NCBI GenBank assembly: GCA_965645245.1
Contig: OZ287084.1
Coordinates: 1,116,001-1,180,000, forward strand
Source of the DNA: Massalongia carnosa
Taxonomy: Eukaryota
DNA: 64,000 nt
Reading direction: 5' to 3'
In this document: piece after piece, positions 1 to 10,788 of the stretch
Position numbering within the stretch: the stretch's first letter is position 1
How the letters are laid out: every line of letters starts with the position of its first letter
Translations under genes and position numbers: made by a program
The notes under the pieces: generated by a model
The model's input: the letters and a program-made list of their open reading frames with translations, nothing else
Told to the model about the DNA's origin: nothing
Database searches by the model: none

Positions 1-35
1 AACTCCGAAAACATTTTACTATCACATTATTATAT

Positions 36-114
36 ATCGGTCCTCCTCCTTCTACACCATCGGTCCTCCTCCTTCTACACCATCGGTCCTCCTCCTTCTA
101 CACCATCGGTCCTC
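36..114 (+). repeat. 23-bp tandem repeat (ATCGGTCCTCCTCCTTCTACACC), ~3.4 copies, at the LINE 5' end
   Basis: Units start at 36, 59, 82 and 105. Confidence 0.9.
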
Positions 115-296
115 ACCACGGAGACGCCAAAGGCCTCACCGTGGAGCGACCGACAAACATAGATTTGCTCCTATCTTTTCGCATCAAAACAATGCTAATT
201 TAACGCGTTCACACGCGTCGCAGACGTACGTACGGAAGAGGATACGAAGGCCAACCGCCGGGGGGTAGAATGCGCGCGTCCCTGCACCATGCTTCT

Positions 297-1040
297 AAGG
301 GTTCAAGTCCCTTCATGCAGTCATCAGCTGGAAGAAGATGTGGACCAAAGGAGCCGCATCATCCCCCACCCGGGCACAATCGACACGCGTTCTAGCTCCT
401 GAGAGTTCAAGTCTCCCCATGCAGTCATCAGCTGGGATCAACAGAACGCGTAAAGGCACCGGGGCGAATGCTGTCACCTCAAGAAAACTCCATCTCGGAG
501 CAGAATAACAATATCCCATTTAATAGGCCCGGCCTGTTAAATAAAATCGAGGAAAACAAAGAGTCACAAAACACATAGTCATCAATCACACGTTGTACAA
601 AGCACACAGTCACAAACATACAGTCACGAACACACAGTCAAAAAACACACAGTCACAAAACACACAGTCACAAAACACACAGTCACAAAACACACAGTCA
701 CAAAAAACACAATCACAAATCAATAACACGTCCCTGTGAAGGGGGTTCTGCGGGGGCTCGTTAAGACAGATCTGCACCCCGTTAATATCGGCGTACATAT
801 TTTTAGAGGTTCAAGTCCTTTCTAGCAGTCATCAGCTGAAAATGATGCATTTTGACACGGGCATGGTGTGGATTTGACACGGGTAGACCTCGATGGATCA
901 CAAAACGAATGAAAAGAGTTCAGCGGAACTTCGTTGATATTGTTCTCGAAGACCTCGTTAATAAGATTTTCATAGACCTCGTTAACAACGTTCAGTCATA
1001 CTCTTAAAGGTTCAAGTCTTTTCATGCAGTCATCGGCTGA
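297..1040 (+). repeat. Four dispersed ~33-bp modules: T-arm-like hairpin (loop TTCAAGT) followed by CATGCAGTCATCAGCTG-like sequence
   Basis: Copies at ~297-330, ~401-433, ~805-838 and ~1006-1039. Confidence 0.85.
563..720 (+). repeat. ~15-bp tandem repeat (CACAGTCACAAAACA) in LINE 5' UTR
   Basis: Near-perfect run at ~605-720 with degenerate copies upstream. Confidence 0.85.
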
Positions 1041-1799
1041 GAGCTAAAGACGTACGACACGGGTCAGCTATGTCTGTCACACGGGTCTCCTTCGTCTACA
1101 ACACGGAGCCCTCCGGCTGAAAGAAATAAAACATATAGACACATAGTGTAGGGTCACACCCTACACGATACAAGGGATTTGGGTTATGAAAACCATCCGA
1201 TTGATGGCTACCGTGAGCAACACGGCCCGAACCGTAGTCGTACCGGGGATGGTGGAGGCAACCTAGTCATCAAATAGGACACCCTTGGGACAAGAAGAGG
1301 GCAATATACGAGGAACCCGTTAATTGATAACAGTCTAGGCCCTGAGCTAATAGACGAATTTGAAACGAGCACCCCTCCGAGTTGTCCTCGACTCGTTTTG
1401 GTTAGTAGGGACGGAAAATCGATACTATACTGCCTGGTCAGGAGCATAGTGGTCGAAATCCCTGCGAGACATGGTAGGTTCATAAACGGGAGACCTTTAT
1501 GAATAACGCGAAGTGGGCGTAAAAAACCCGTGAGGCGTGGTATGCAATGGCGGCCACCGTACGGAGACCGTCTGCATAGCCCGAGAGGACAGTATGCGCA
1601 TGTCGGTGTATATAGAGCAGGGAATGTCTATCTCGCTCGTAACGAGACCCCGTCGGTTCGCCGGCGCATGGGCTACGGCTAGACTCGCCCTTGATATATG
1701 CTTAAGGAGTAAACTGGGTTTGACCTGGGCGAAAGGGACGTCGTTCACCCCAATCGTAGAATTCATCAATAATCTTGGGCCGTAAAACGCACCAGTGAG

Positions 1800-3269
1800 A
1801 TGAACGAAAACTTGGATAAAGACTTCACGAAGGAGAGAGATGTCAACTCTATTTTATCATTCTTAGCCCCGTCCACACCGACACCAAAGGCAACGAAATT
1901 CCCATCGGGTCCATTTTCCACTATCTTGCCGATGCCTTCATTGAACTTAAATATTGGATCAAGCCCACCAATCAAACGAAATAAAAGACGCACATTTGAC
2001 GAACATTCGAGAGATAGCCAAGAAGCGATCAATCGGGCAAATTCAATTGAGCTTCTAAAGTCGGCCAAAAAAGCATTATTGCAATCATTTGTACTGGACC
2101 AAAATCCACAAACGGCTATCGTAATTGACAACGTTAATTCGTTGATTTCGAAAATATCAATCAATTCACAAATATCCTTAGATATGATTAACTATAAAAT
2201 GGGCATAGTACTTGATCAAACTAGTCATCTTTCCCCAAAAACGTCACAACAACAAACGACTCCACTACAGAATGGTCCAAAAATCCAAAAACCTGTTGTT
2301 AAATTGAACGAAAATTCAATTATCGAAAATCAGACCATTCGCAAAGGAGCCACCGGGGTCTCTGGTAACAATGTTAGCACAACCGGTACATGGAGTCAAA
2401 TGCTTGGAAAAGCAACCGAAAACTCCGAAAATTGGACTACTATTCAAAGGAAAAGTTCGAATAATAATTCGAACAAAGTCGATCGATTTGATGCAATCAA
2501 GGTCAGACGACTCGTAATTTCACCGAAAAATCCTGACGCTCAAATCGACTCTATGAAGCTGCGTGATCAAATTAACGAGCTATTAAAAAACGCAAATTTA
2601 AACATCATCGTCAATACTGTTGAAAAGTCCAAAATCGGTCAGAATATCGTTCTCACCACTAGCCCTGACAACAATGCCGAAGAATTGTTGAAAAATAAAT
2701 CTTCATGGGAACACATTTTCGAATCACAAAGAATTCGAAAAGACGAATCCTGGTTTAAAGTCATAGCACACGGAGTAAATATCTCGTTATTCGATAATAA
2801 CATGCAATATTTGCAAACCGAAATCGAAAAATACAATTCGAATATGCAACTATGCGATTTACCAAGATGGCTTGCTCGGGATCGTCAAAACAAAGTCACG
2901 TCGTCGGTAGTTTTGACTTTCAATAATCAAAATCAAGCGTCAAACGCGTTAAGAGGCGTGAATATCGCGGGTAGACATTGTGACACGGAAATATTTGCTT
3001 CCGTTCGTCCAAACACGCAATGTATTAATTGTCAGAAATTTGGACATAAGCATTATCAATGCAAAAGTCCGGCAAAATGCAATATATGCGCACAAAGTCA
3101 TGAAACGCATAATCATGAATGCACAACATGCAAGTCTAAAATCGCATGCGCACATGCAATTCTGAAATGCGTCAATTGCAACAAAAATCATCAATCGAAC
3201 GATATAGGTTGCGAAATGTTTATCTCGCTAAATCCTAGAAAATCGAATGATGAATTAATGCTTGGTTAA
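1800..3269 (+). CDS. LINE ORF1 gag-like nucleic-acid-binding protein (489 aa)
   Basis: C-terminal knuckles CINCQKFGHKHYQC, CNICAQSHETHNHEC and CVNCNKNH; lies directly upstream of ORF2; homologous to ORF1 copies at 46996 and 51037. Confidence 0.9.
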   Translation: MNENLDKDFTKERDVNSILSFLAPSTPTPKATKFPSGPFSTILPMPSLNLNIGSSPPIKRNKRRTFDEHSRDSQEAINRANSIELLKSAKKALLQSFVLDQNPQTAIVIDNVNSLISKISINSQISLDMINYKMGIVLDQTSHLSPKTSQQQTTPLQNGPKIQKPVVKLNENSIIENQTIRKGATGVSGNNVSTTGTWSQMLGKATENSENWTTIQRKSSNNNSNKVDRFDAIKVRRLVISPKNPDAQIDSMKLRDQINELLKNANLNIIVNTVEKSKIGQNIVLTTSPDNNAEELLKNKSSWEHIFESQRIRKDESWFKVIAHGVNISLFDNNMQYLQTEIEKYNSNMQLCDLPRWLARDRQNKVTSSVVLTFNNQNQASNALRGVNIAGRHCDTEIFASVRPNTQCINCQKFGHKHYQCKSPAKCNICAQSHETHNHECTTCKSKIACAHAILKCVNCNKNHQSNDIGCEMFISLNPRKSNDELMLG

Positions 3270-6200
3270 TGGCGGGACAACATTCGTTGACAAATATCGA
3301 AAATACACAAAATGTCAAATTTATTCAACATAATTGTGCAAAGTCAACGAATGCAATGATTTCGTGTCTGGAATATGCAGTATTAAATCGTGTTGATATT
3401 CTTTTATTTCAGGAACCATGGACGCGAGATCAAAAAACAATTTCCCATCCGTCATTCACATGTATTATGCCGAAAATAGCGACTTATCGGCCGAGAGTAG
3501 CTATATTCGTTACAAAATGCAATCCAAAATTACAATACACGCCTAGAACGGATCTTATAAACGATACTGATCTGCAAATTATCGAAATTACAATTGATGA
3601 AGTTCGATAGGTGCAGACCTTTAACCTTTACAATGAAAAAAGTCTAAACGATCGAGAAACATATACAATCGATCGACTTTTAGTTAAATATCAACCTATA
3701 TCAACTGATCAATTTGTCATATGTGGAGATTTCAATGCACATCATAGCTGGTGGAATTCAAAGATTCAAAATGCAATTCGATCAGAAAATCTAGTCAAAT
3801 GGTTAAAATTAAACAAATGTAGTTTGATAAATACGCCTGATCTATATACATTTTTTGCTCATTCAGGAAACTCTTCATCTATTATTGATTTAACATTTGC
3901 AAATTCTAAAATCGAAAACGCAATTACAAATTGGTCAATCGATGAAAACGCAGTCACGGGTTCAGATCATGAAGTTATTCGATTTGAACTTATCGCGTCT
4001 TTCAAGAACTTGACGACACACGCAACCGCATTATCGAATAAATACAACTGCAATAAAGCCGATTGGGATAAATTCGCGAAGTTTCTAGACGAAAATGCAG
4101 TAAACTACGAGTCCCAAATACAAAGTCTATTGAACAATTATCAATTTGATGAATCAGCGTTATATTTGCAAAACGTTATCAAAAACGCGGCTGAAATGTC
4201 TATTCCGAAGACAAAAATATGCGCAAAATCGAAAAATTGGTGGTCGCAAGATTTATCCGGACTTCGAAAAATCATGTGTAGACATCGTCGAGAATGGAAG
4301 AATAATCCGTCCTATTTTAGTCATCAAACATTTAGACATAGTCGAATCGAGTACTTTCATGCAATTCGAAAAGCGAAACAGCGAACTTGGTTGGCTTTCC
4401 TCGAAAACGCAGCGAATAAAGACGTATTTACAGCTTATAAATACACTAAACCGCGCATGTTCGAAAAAATACCTCCTATTCAATATGAAAATAAGTTAAA
4501 TGTTCAATTCGATCACAAATGCGATGCGTTTGTGTCAGCAATGTACACAAAAAACCCGTTCACTGATGATAATATTGAAGATTTAACGAATCAAGACAGC
4601 GAAAATGACAACAATTGGCCGAATTTAACCGAAAATGAATTGCAAAATGCGATTAGTTTGTTTAATCCAAAGAAATCATGTGGGCCTGATACAATCAATT
4701 TCACAATAATTCAAAAATCGTTTCAACCATTGAAAAACGTGTTTTTTACTATTTATTCTAAATTTATACAAATCGGTTATCACCCGTTATGGTGGCGAAC
4801 AGGACTCGGTGCTGTTTTAAAAAAACCTAATAAACCAGACTACTCGCTGCCAAAATCATATCGAATTATTACCTTACTGAATTGTCTTGGTAAAATTGCG
4901 GAGAAAATAGTTGCTAATCGACTAGCCTACCTCGGCGAAAATTCGAGCTTGTTAGATACCGAACAAATGGGCGGACGAAAAAATCATTCTGCAATCGATG
5001 CGGTAATGAACGTCGTTCATGATATCGAAATCGCAAACCGAAACAAAAACGTTTTATCATGTCTATTACTCGATGTCAAAGGAGCATTTGACTTTGTTTC
5101 GATTAATCAATTGTTAAATGTCATGAAAAAGCTGCATTTATCTCGCATAGTTATTCAATGGGTCAAGCATTTTATGACAAAACGATCGATCAATTTGATA
5201 TTCGATGAACACAAAAGTAAAACGTACTATATCGAATCTGGAATTCCACAAGGTTCACCAATTTCGCCAATTCTATTTCTGATTTATATTCGTTACTTAT
5301 TTCCGAAAATACGAATGAAATTCAATGCTCATTCACCTAGCTTTATAGACGATGTTGCAATATATGTCGAAAATAAAACTGCCACACAGAATTGCAAAGA
5401 AATCGAAATTATCGTCAAAACAGCTTTTGATTGGGCCGCAACGAATAATGTCAAATTTGATGACGACAAATCTGAGTTGATTCACTTCGAAAAGTCAAGA
5501 AATGCATCAAAAGACAAAGTGCAATTACCAAACGGGACAATACTAGAACCGAAAAATTCTGTCAAATGGTTAGGAGTCTGGTTAGACCGAAAACTAAATT
5601 ACAAAAAACACGTCGAAACGCGAATTGCTTCTGCAAATCGATCGTTTTTCGCAATTCAAAATTTGATGAAGTCTGAATGGGGACTAAAGCCAACTGCATG
5701 CAGACAGCTCTATTTGTCATGCATTATTCCTATTTCGGACTATGGCTCAGAAATCTGGTATAACGGTCAAAAGAAATATGAAAAGCTATTTCAGAATCTG
5801 CAAAATCGAATGATTCGAAAGATTTTAGGCACATTCAAAACCACGCCTGTTCAGGCGATGGAAATTGAATCGCATATTTTACCAGCCAAGCTACGATTGT
5901 TGATGAAAAATCAAAAATACGCAATTCGATTATTGAAGATTGCCGAAAATAATCCTATTTGTCAAAGAATTCCCAGTAACTATACGGTGAAATTTGAAAA
6001 CATCGGTTTTGACACTAGTTTATGGAACAACAGATATGCTGAATGGAACGAAGACGAGAAAAAATCGAGTAAACCTCATCCTAGTCAGCTTATCCGTATT
6101 CTTCATTCCGTTTCGGATATAGTTCACAAAACTGATGAATTCGAATCAGTAAATAATTTCATCAAACCATGGAAGCCGTCTTGTAAAATCAAGTTCCAAA

Positions 6201-7282
6201 TCGAAAGATCAAAAGAAACAGCAAAGTCAAGTTATTATTCGACTTTATCAAAAATTCAATCAATAAACGCCGATAAATCGCAAATTTTACTCTATACCGA
6301 TGGATCAAAAACCGAGTTTTCAACTTCCGCTGTCACATTTGCACCAATTACGCGAAATTGGAACAATTTCACCGATAACTTCAATCGTTTTATCGAAAAA
6401 GATTGTCTCCTCAAACATCATACGATTTCGAAAAGCTGGAAATTAAACAAACAGTCAAGCGTTAAAAACGCTGAACTGTATGCGATACTACAAGCAATAA
6501 AATGGGCATACAAATTGACAATTGCGAATATTCTCTTCAATTTGGAAAAAACGATTTGGATTTTTTCCGATAGCATAAACGCGATAAACGAAATTCAGAA
6601 CTTGACAAATCATACTTACGCAAAACAAATTCGAAAATTCTCGAAATGCTTATTCGGAAACAATTATCAGGTGGTTCTACAATGGATTCCTGGTCATTCG
6701 AAAATCGTCGAAAATGAAATTGCAGATAAAGCAGCAAAAGCGGGACATAGTCGAATCCTAGTCGAGTCTTCGATAATAACATTTGATTATGTGAAGGGTC
6801 AAATAAATCGAAATATGTTAGCCACATGGGCGAATCAATGGCAACAATGCAAGTCAAAAGGCAAATACTATGAGAAATTCGAAATGCAGCCGGGCAAATC
6901 AAGTTTTTATTATCTGTCGAATAATTGTTCTAAATTAATATTTGCAACTATTATGCAAATGAAATTCGGACACAGTTATTTTCGATCATATCTGCACCGA
7001 TTGAAAGATTATATTTCGTCAAAATGCACAGGGCGCTGCAACGAACGTCAAACGCCAGAACACTTATTGATGAATTGCATACATTATTCAAATGAAATCC
7101 TAAACATGAATCAAAATATCGATACCACAATTACTTTAAAAATTTTGTTTAATACTAGGATCGGAAATAATATTTTGATTAAATTTATTGTTGATAACAA
7201 AATCGCGACTAGAAAATGGATGCTAGGTCAGCTCGATGACGAAAAAATCGAAACGGGAGGTTGGGGAGAGATCGAACAGTAA
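3269..7282 (+). pseudogene. LINE ORF2 (APE endonuclease - RT - RNase H - C-terminal Cys/His motif) with one in-frame TAG at 3608-3610
   Basis: APE motifs QHNCAK, FQEP, GDFNAHH, IDLTF, GSDH; RT motifs LDVKGAFD, GIPQGSPISP, FIDD; RNase H motifs YTDGS, AEL, FSDS, WIPGH, NEIAD. Other copies have Lys where this one has TAG. Confidence 0.92.
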
Positions 7283-7464
7283 AATTAGAAATGATTTCTG
7301 CTGGAATATTTACGAGCTTTACAAAAACAAATTTTAAAATCGATATTTCGATTACTAAAGGTTGTTACTAACACGGAGTAAAAACGGGGCAATATTGACG
7401 ATACATAGTTGGGTTATAAAGGGTTGATTTATTTGTAAAATAAAACCATATCTTAAAATAGTTT

Positions 7465-7514
7465 AGTGTCATAACCTTAGGTTGAATACACTTAATGAAT
7501 AAATAAATAAAAAA
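7465..7514 (+). other. Conserved LINE 3'-terminal stem-loop plus tail
   Basis: AGTGT-CAT-AACC-TTA-GGTT-GAAT-ACACT followed by TAATGAATAAA; the same motif closes every LINE 3' end in the window. Confidence 0.7.
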
Positions 7515-8991
7515 TGAACTCCGAAAAATTATGTCAAGACATCGTCGAGAATGGAAGAATTATTCCTCCGATTTTAGTCATAGAACCTTTAAACATAGCC
7601 GAATCGAATATTTTCATGCAATTCGAAAAGCAAAACAACAAACTTGGTTGACTTTTCTAGAAAATGCAGCGAATAAAGACGTATTTACAGCGTATAAATA
7701 CACTAAACCGCGAATATTCAAAAAAATACCACCCAATTCAATATGAAAATAAATTAAATGTTCAATTCGATAACAAATGCGATGCATTTCTTGCAGCTAT
7801 GTACACAAAAAACCTAATTATAGACGATAATGTCGAAGACTTATCGAATCAAGACAACGAAGATGACAATAATTGGCCGGATTTGACCGAAAACGAGTTG
7901 CAAAATGCGATTAGTTTGTTTAATCCGAAAAAAGCATGTGGCCCTGATGCAATCAACTTTACAATTGTTCAAAAATCGTTTCAATCGTTGAAAAACGTGT
8001 TTTTTATGATTTATTCAAAATTCATTCAAACCGGTTATCATCCGTTATGCTGGCGGACAGGACTCGGTGCAGTTTTGAAAAAACCTAATAAATCAGATTA
8101 TTCGCTGCCAAAATCATATCGGATTATCACTTTACTAAACTGTCTTGGTAAAATTGCTGAGAAAATCGTTGCAAATCGCCTTGCCTACTTCGGCGAAAAT
8201 TCGAATTTATTAGACATCGAACAGATGGGCGGACGCAAAAATCACTCTGCAATTGACGCAGTAATGACCGTCGTTCATGATATCGAAATAGCAAACCGAA
8301 AAAAGAACGTTTTATCATGTTTATTACTCGACATCAAAGGCGCATTTGACTTTGTATCGATTAATCAGCTGTTAAATGTCATGAAAAATCTCAAATTATC
8401 TCGCATAGTTATTCAATGGGTCAAAAAATTTATGACAAAACGATCGGTCAATCTAATATTCGATGAAAATAAAAGCAAAACCTATTATGTCGAATCAGGA
8501 ATTCCAAAAGGCTCACCTATTTCGCCTATATTATTTTCGATCTACATTCGTCACTTATTTCCGAAAGTACGAATGAAATTCAATGCACATTCTCCTAGTT
8601 TTATAGACGATATTGCAATATATGTCGAAAATAAAACTGCAAAACAGATTTGCAAAGAAATCGAAATCATAGTAAAAACTGCATTTGATTGGGCCGCATC
8701 GAATAATGTCAAATTTGATGACGAAAAATCCGAACTGATTCACTTCGAAAAGACAAGAAATGCATCGAAAGACACACTGCAATTACCAAACGGAACTATA
8801 CTGGAACCGAAAAATGTAGTCAAATGGTTGGGAATCTGGCTAGATCGAAAACTGAATTACAAAAAACACGTCGAAACTCGAATTTCTTCTGCAAATCTTA
8901 TTTGTAAAATAAAACCATATCTTAAAATAGTTTAGTATCATAACCTTAGGTTGAATACACTTAATGAATAAATAAAATAAAATAAAAAAAA
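7515..8991 (+). mobile_element. LINE (subfamily B) ORF2 RT fragment, target of A1; jumps at 8897/8898 directly to a ~94-bp LINE 3' tail
   Basis: ORFs 7531-7746 and 7664-8935 are frameshifted RT sequence; after ETRISSAN the sequence becomes 3' UTR plus A-rich tail. Confidence 0.85.
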
Positions 8992-10624
8992 TGAATTTTT
9001 GGTGTAATTATCAGTCGTCTGAGTTTGATTGCATTTAATTCGTCGGTTTTGTCCAATTTGTTCGAGGTTTGACTCGAATTTTTCGATCTGGAAACAGTGG
9101 TCCAATTTTCGGAATTCGCAGTTGCTTTTCCAAGCATTTGACTCCAGGATGGAGGCGTGTTATTGACCTTTGTACTCGTAACCCCGGCGGTTTTCTTTCG
9201 TGCGTTCGTGTGGACGACTTTATTTGGATTTTCAGTCGTATTGACTTGTTGAACCCGAGTCAATTTTCGCGTTGTTTCTGAGGTTCGATTACTAGTCTGA
9301 TCAATTACCTTGTTCAATTACCAATTCATCATGTCTAGTGTTGTTTTTAAATTAATTGATTTTTTTGTCAATAAGGAATTGACATTATCAATGACTATTG
9401 CTGTTTCTGGATTTTGATCTAAGACTAATGATTTCAATAACGCGGTTTTAGCCGTTCTGAGTAATCCAATCGATTGTGCTCGATTGATTACTTCTTGGCT
9501 TTCCTCTACTCGTTCGTCGAATGTTTTTCGTTTGTTACGTTTGATATGCGGGCTTAATTCGATATTAGAATTTAACGATGGCATGGGTAGATTGGTAGTA
9601 AATTGTCCAGATGGGAATTTGGTTGCTTTTGGGGTCGGCGTAGTCGGGCCGGACGAATATTCATGTGATCGATCCATAGGCTCGTCAAGTACAGGCGATT
9701 TTTCTATAAGTCCTACTGACGAGAGCCCCGGAGATTCTATTTGGGGAGGGTCTATTTGGGGAGGGTTTTGAGGAGTGCTCAGGGGTGTTCCCGGGGAGGC
9801 TCTCGATATAATTCGTCGAGTCCTAGGGAGTACCGGATTGAACATGATTTAATAAATAAATCGATATGCCTTTTCAATACCCCTTTTATCACCACCATAT
9901 AATTTATTCTGATGTTCCCCGGACGTACTAATCAGAATAGAAATTTACACCAATTTACAGGTCTAACGACTCTTGCTTTCCTATCCCTATTTATATGACA
10001 ATAACTCGTCAAATAAATCCTAATCGGGTTAAAATAGACCGTTCCTCGTTTAGGCAGTAAATCTTTTTTAACCCTTTACCAGACACTACAATAGCTGAAA
10101 ATAATGAAAGTTTTTTTTTGTTTTTTTGCGATAAAAATAGATCTAAGGCAAGGTAAGATAATAAGAGACTTCCTATTCTGATTTATCTGAAATAGGATCT
10201 TTGGTAAAATCCTATTCCAGACGTTTTTCCCCTTCTTTTCAGTGATCTGTTGACCGGCCGTTCAATGGAGATCGATAAAGCCTAAAATGGTATATGCGGA
10301 AATTATACGTGAAATATACTGTGAGAATTTGTGCTTGCGGAAGTTCCCGTAACCTCAAATGAGAAATAAACTTCAAAAAAGTTGGTCGTCGCGACAGTTG
10401 TTGTACAGTACCGCGACAGTAGATATTTTTTGTAGATAATTCTTGTAGTAATAATTGAGGGTAATGCGATAACAGAACAGAAGAAAGTCAGAAAAAAGAG
10501 CGATTTTTGGTGATATTGTTGGTATTTGTTGTTTTTTATAACTTCTTGAGCGCGCTTTATCACGTCTGTCGCGTGCGACTAGCGGAAAATCTCTGCTGGA
10601 GCTTTGCTAGAGCTCTCCTACACT
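8992..10624 (-). mobile_element. LINE (subfamily C) 5' fragment: 5' UTR plus N-terminal ORF1 (9845 to 8992, stop at 9318)
   Basis: PTPKATKFPSG and LDQNPETAIVIDNVNSL match ORF1; UTR 10065-10624 matches 48196-48745 and, inverted, 15575-16130. Confidence 0.85.
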
Positions 10625-10788
10625 ATTATAGGTTGTTACTAACACGGAGTAAAAATGCGGAAAAATTGACGATACATAGATGGGTTATAAAGGGTTAATT
10701 TATATGTAATATAGAAACATATCCTAAAATAGTTTAGTGTCATAACCTTAGGTTGAATACACTTAATGAATAAATAAATGATAAAAAA
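10625..10788 (+). mobile_element. 5'-truncated LINE 3' end (subfamily D tail)
   Basis: Matches 33358-33510; terminal stem-loop and A-rich tail present; no TSD. Confidence 0.85.

Larger units (their letters stand above)
12..7514 (+). mobile_element. Full-length Tad1/I-group LINE (subfamily A, copy A1): ~1.8-kb 5' UTR, ORF1, ORF2, 3' UTR with (AATA)n/A tail
   Basis: ORF1 and ORF2 domains are present and the tail ends at ~7514. AACTCCGAAAA at 1-11 recurs at 7517-7527 just after the tail, i.e. a target-site duplication inside another LINE ORF2 (left copy cut by the window edge). Confidence 0.85.

Noticed and set aside
250..330. tRNA gene
   Set aside because: Only a T-arm is evident; no convincing acceptor, D or anticodon stems.
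610..798. Cys-rich ORF (CDCVF)n
   Set aside because: Translation of the 15-bp tandem repeat.
297..1040. Hammerhead ribozyme or box C/D RNA on the minus strand (CTGATGA)
   Set aside because: Only one of four copies has both an intact CTGATGA and a following GAAA, and stems II/III cannot be built.
3608..3610. Programmed readthrough in ORF2
   Set aside because: Other copies encode Lys here, so a simple nonsense mutation is more likely.
10303..10698. Short ORFs recurring at 10303 and 48426
   Set aside because: They lie in homologous LINE 5' UTR copies, have no ATG start and no domain; recurrence reflects DNA homology.
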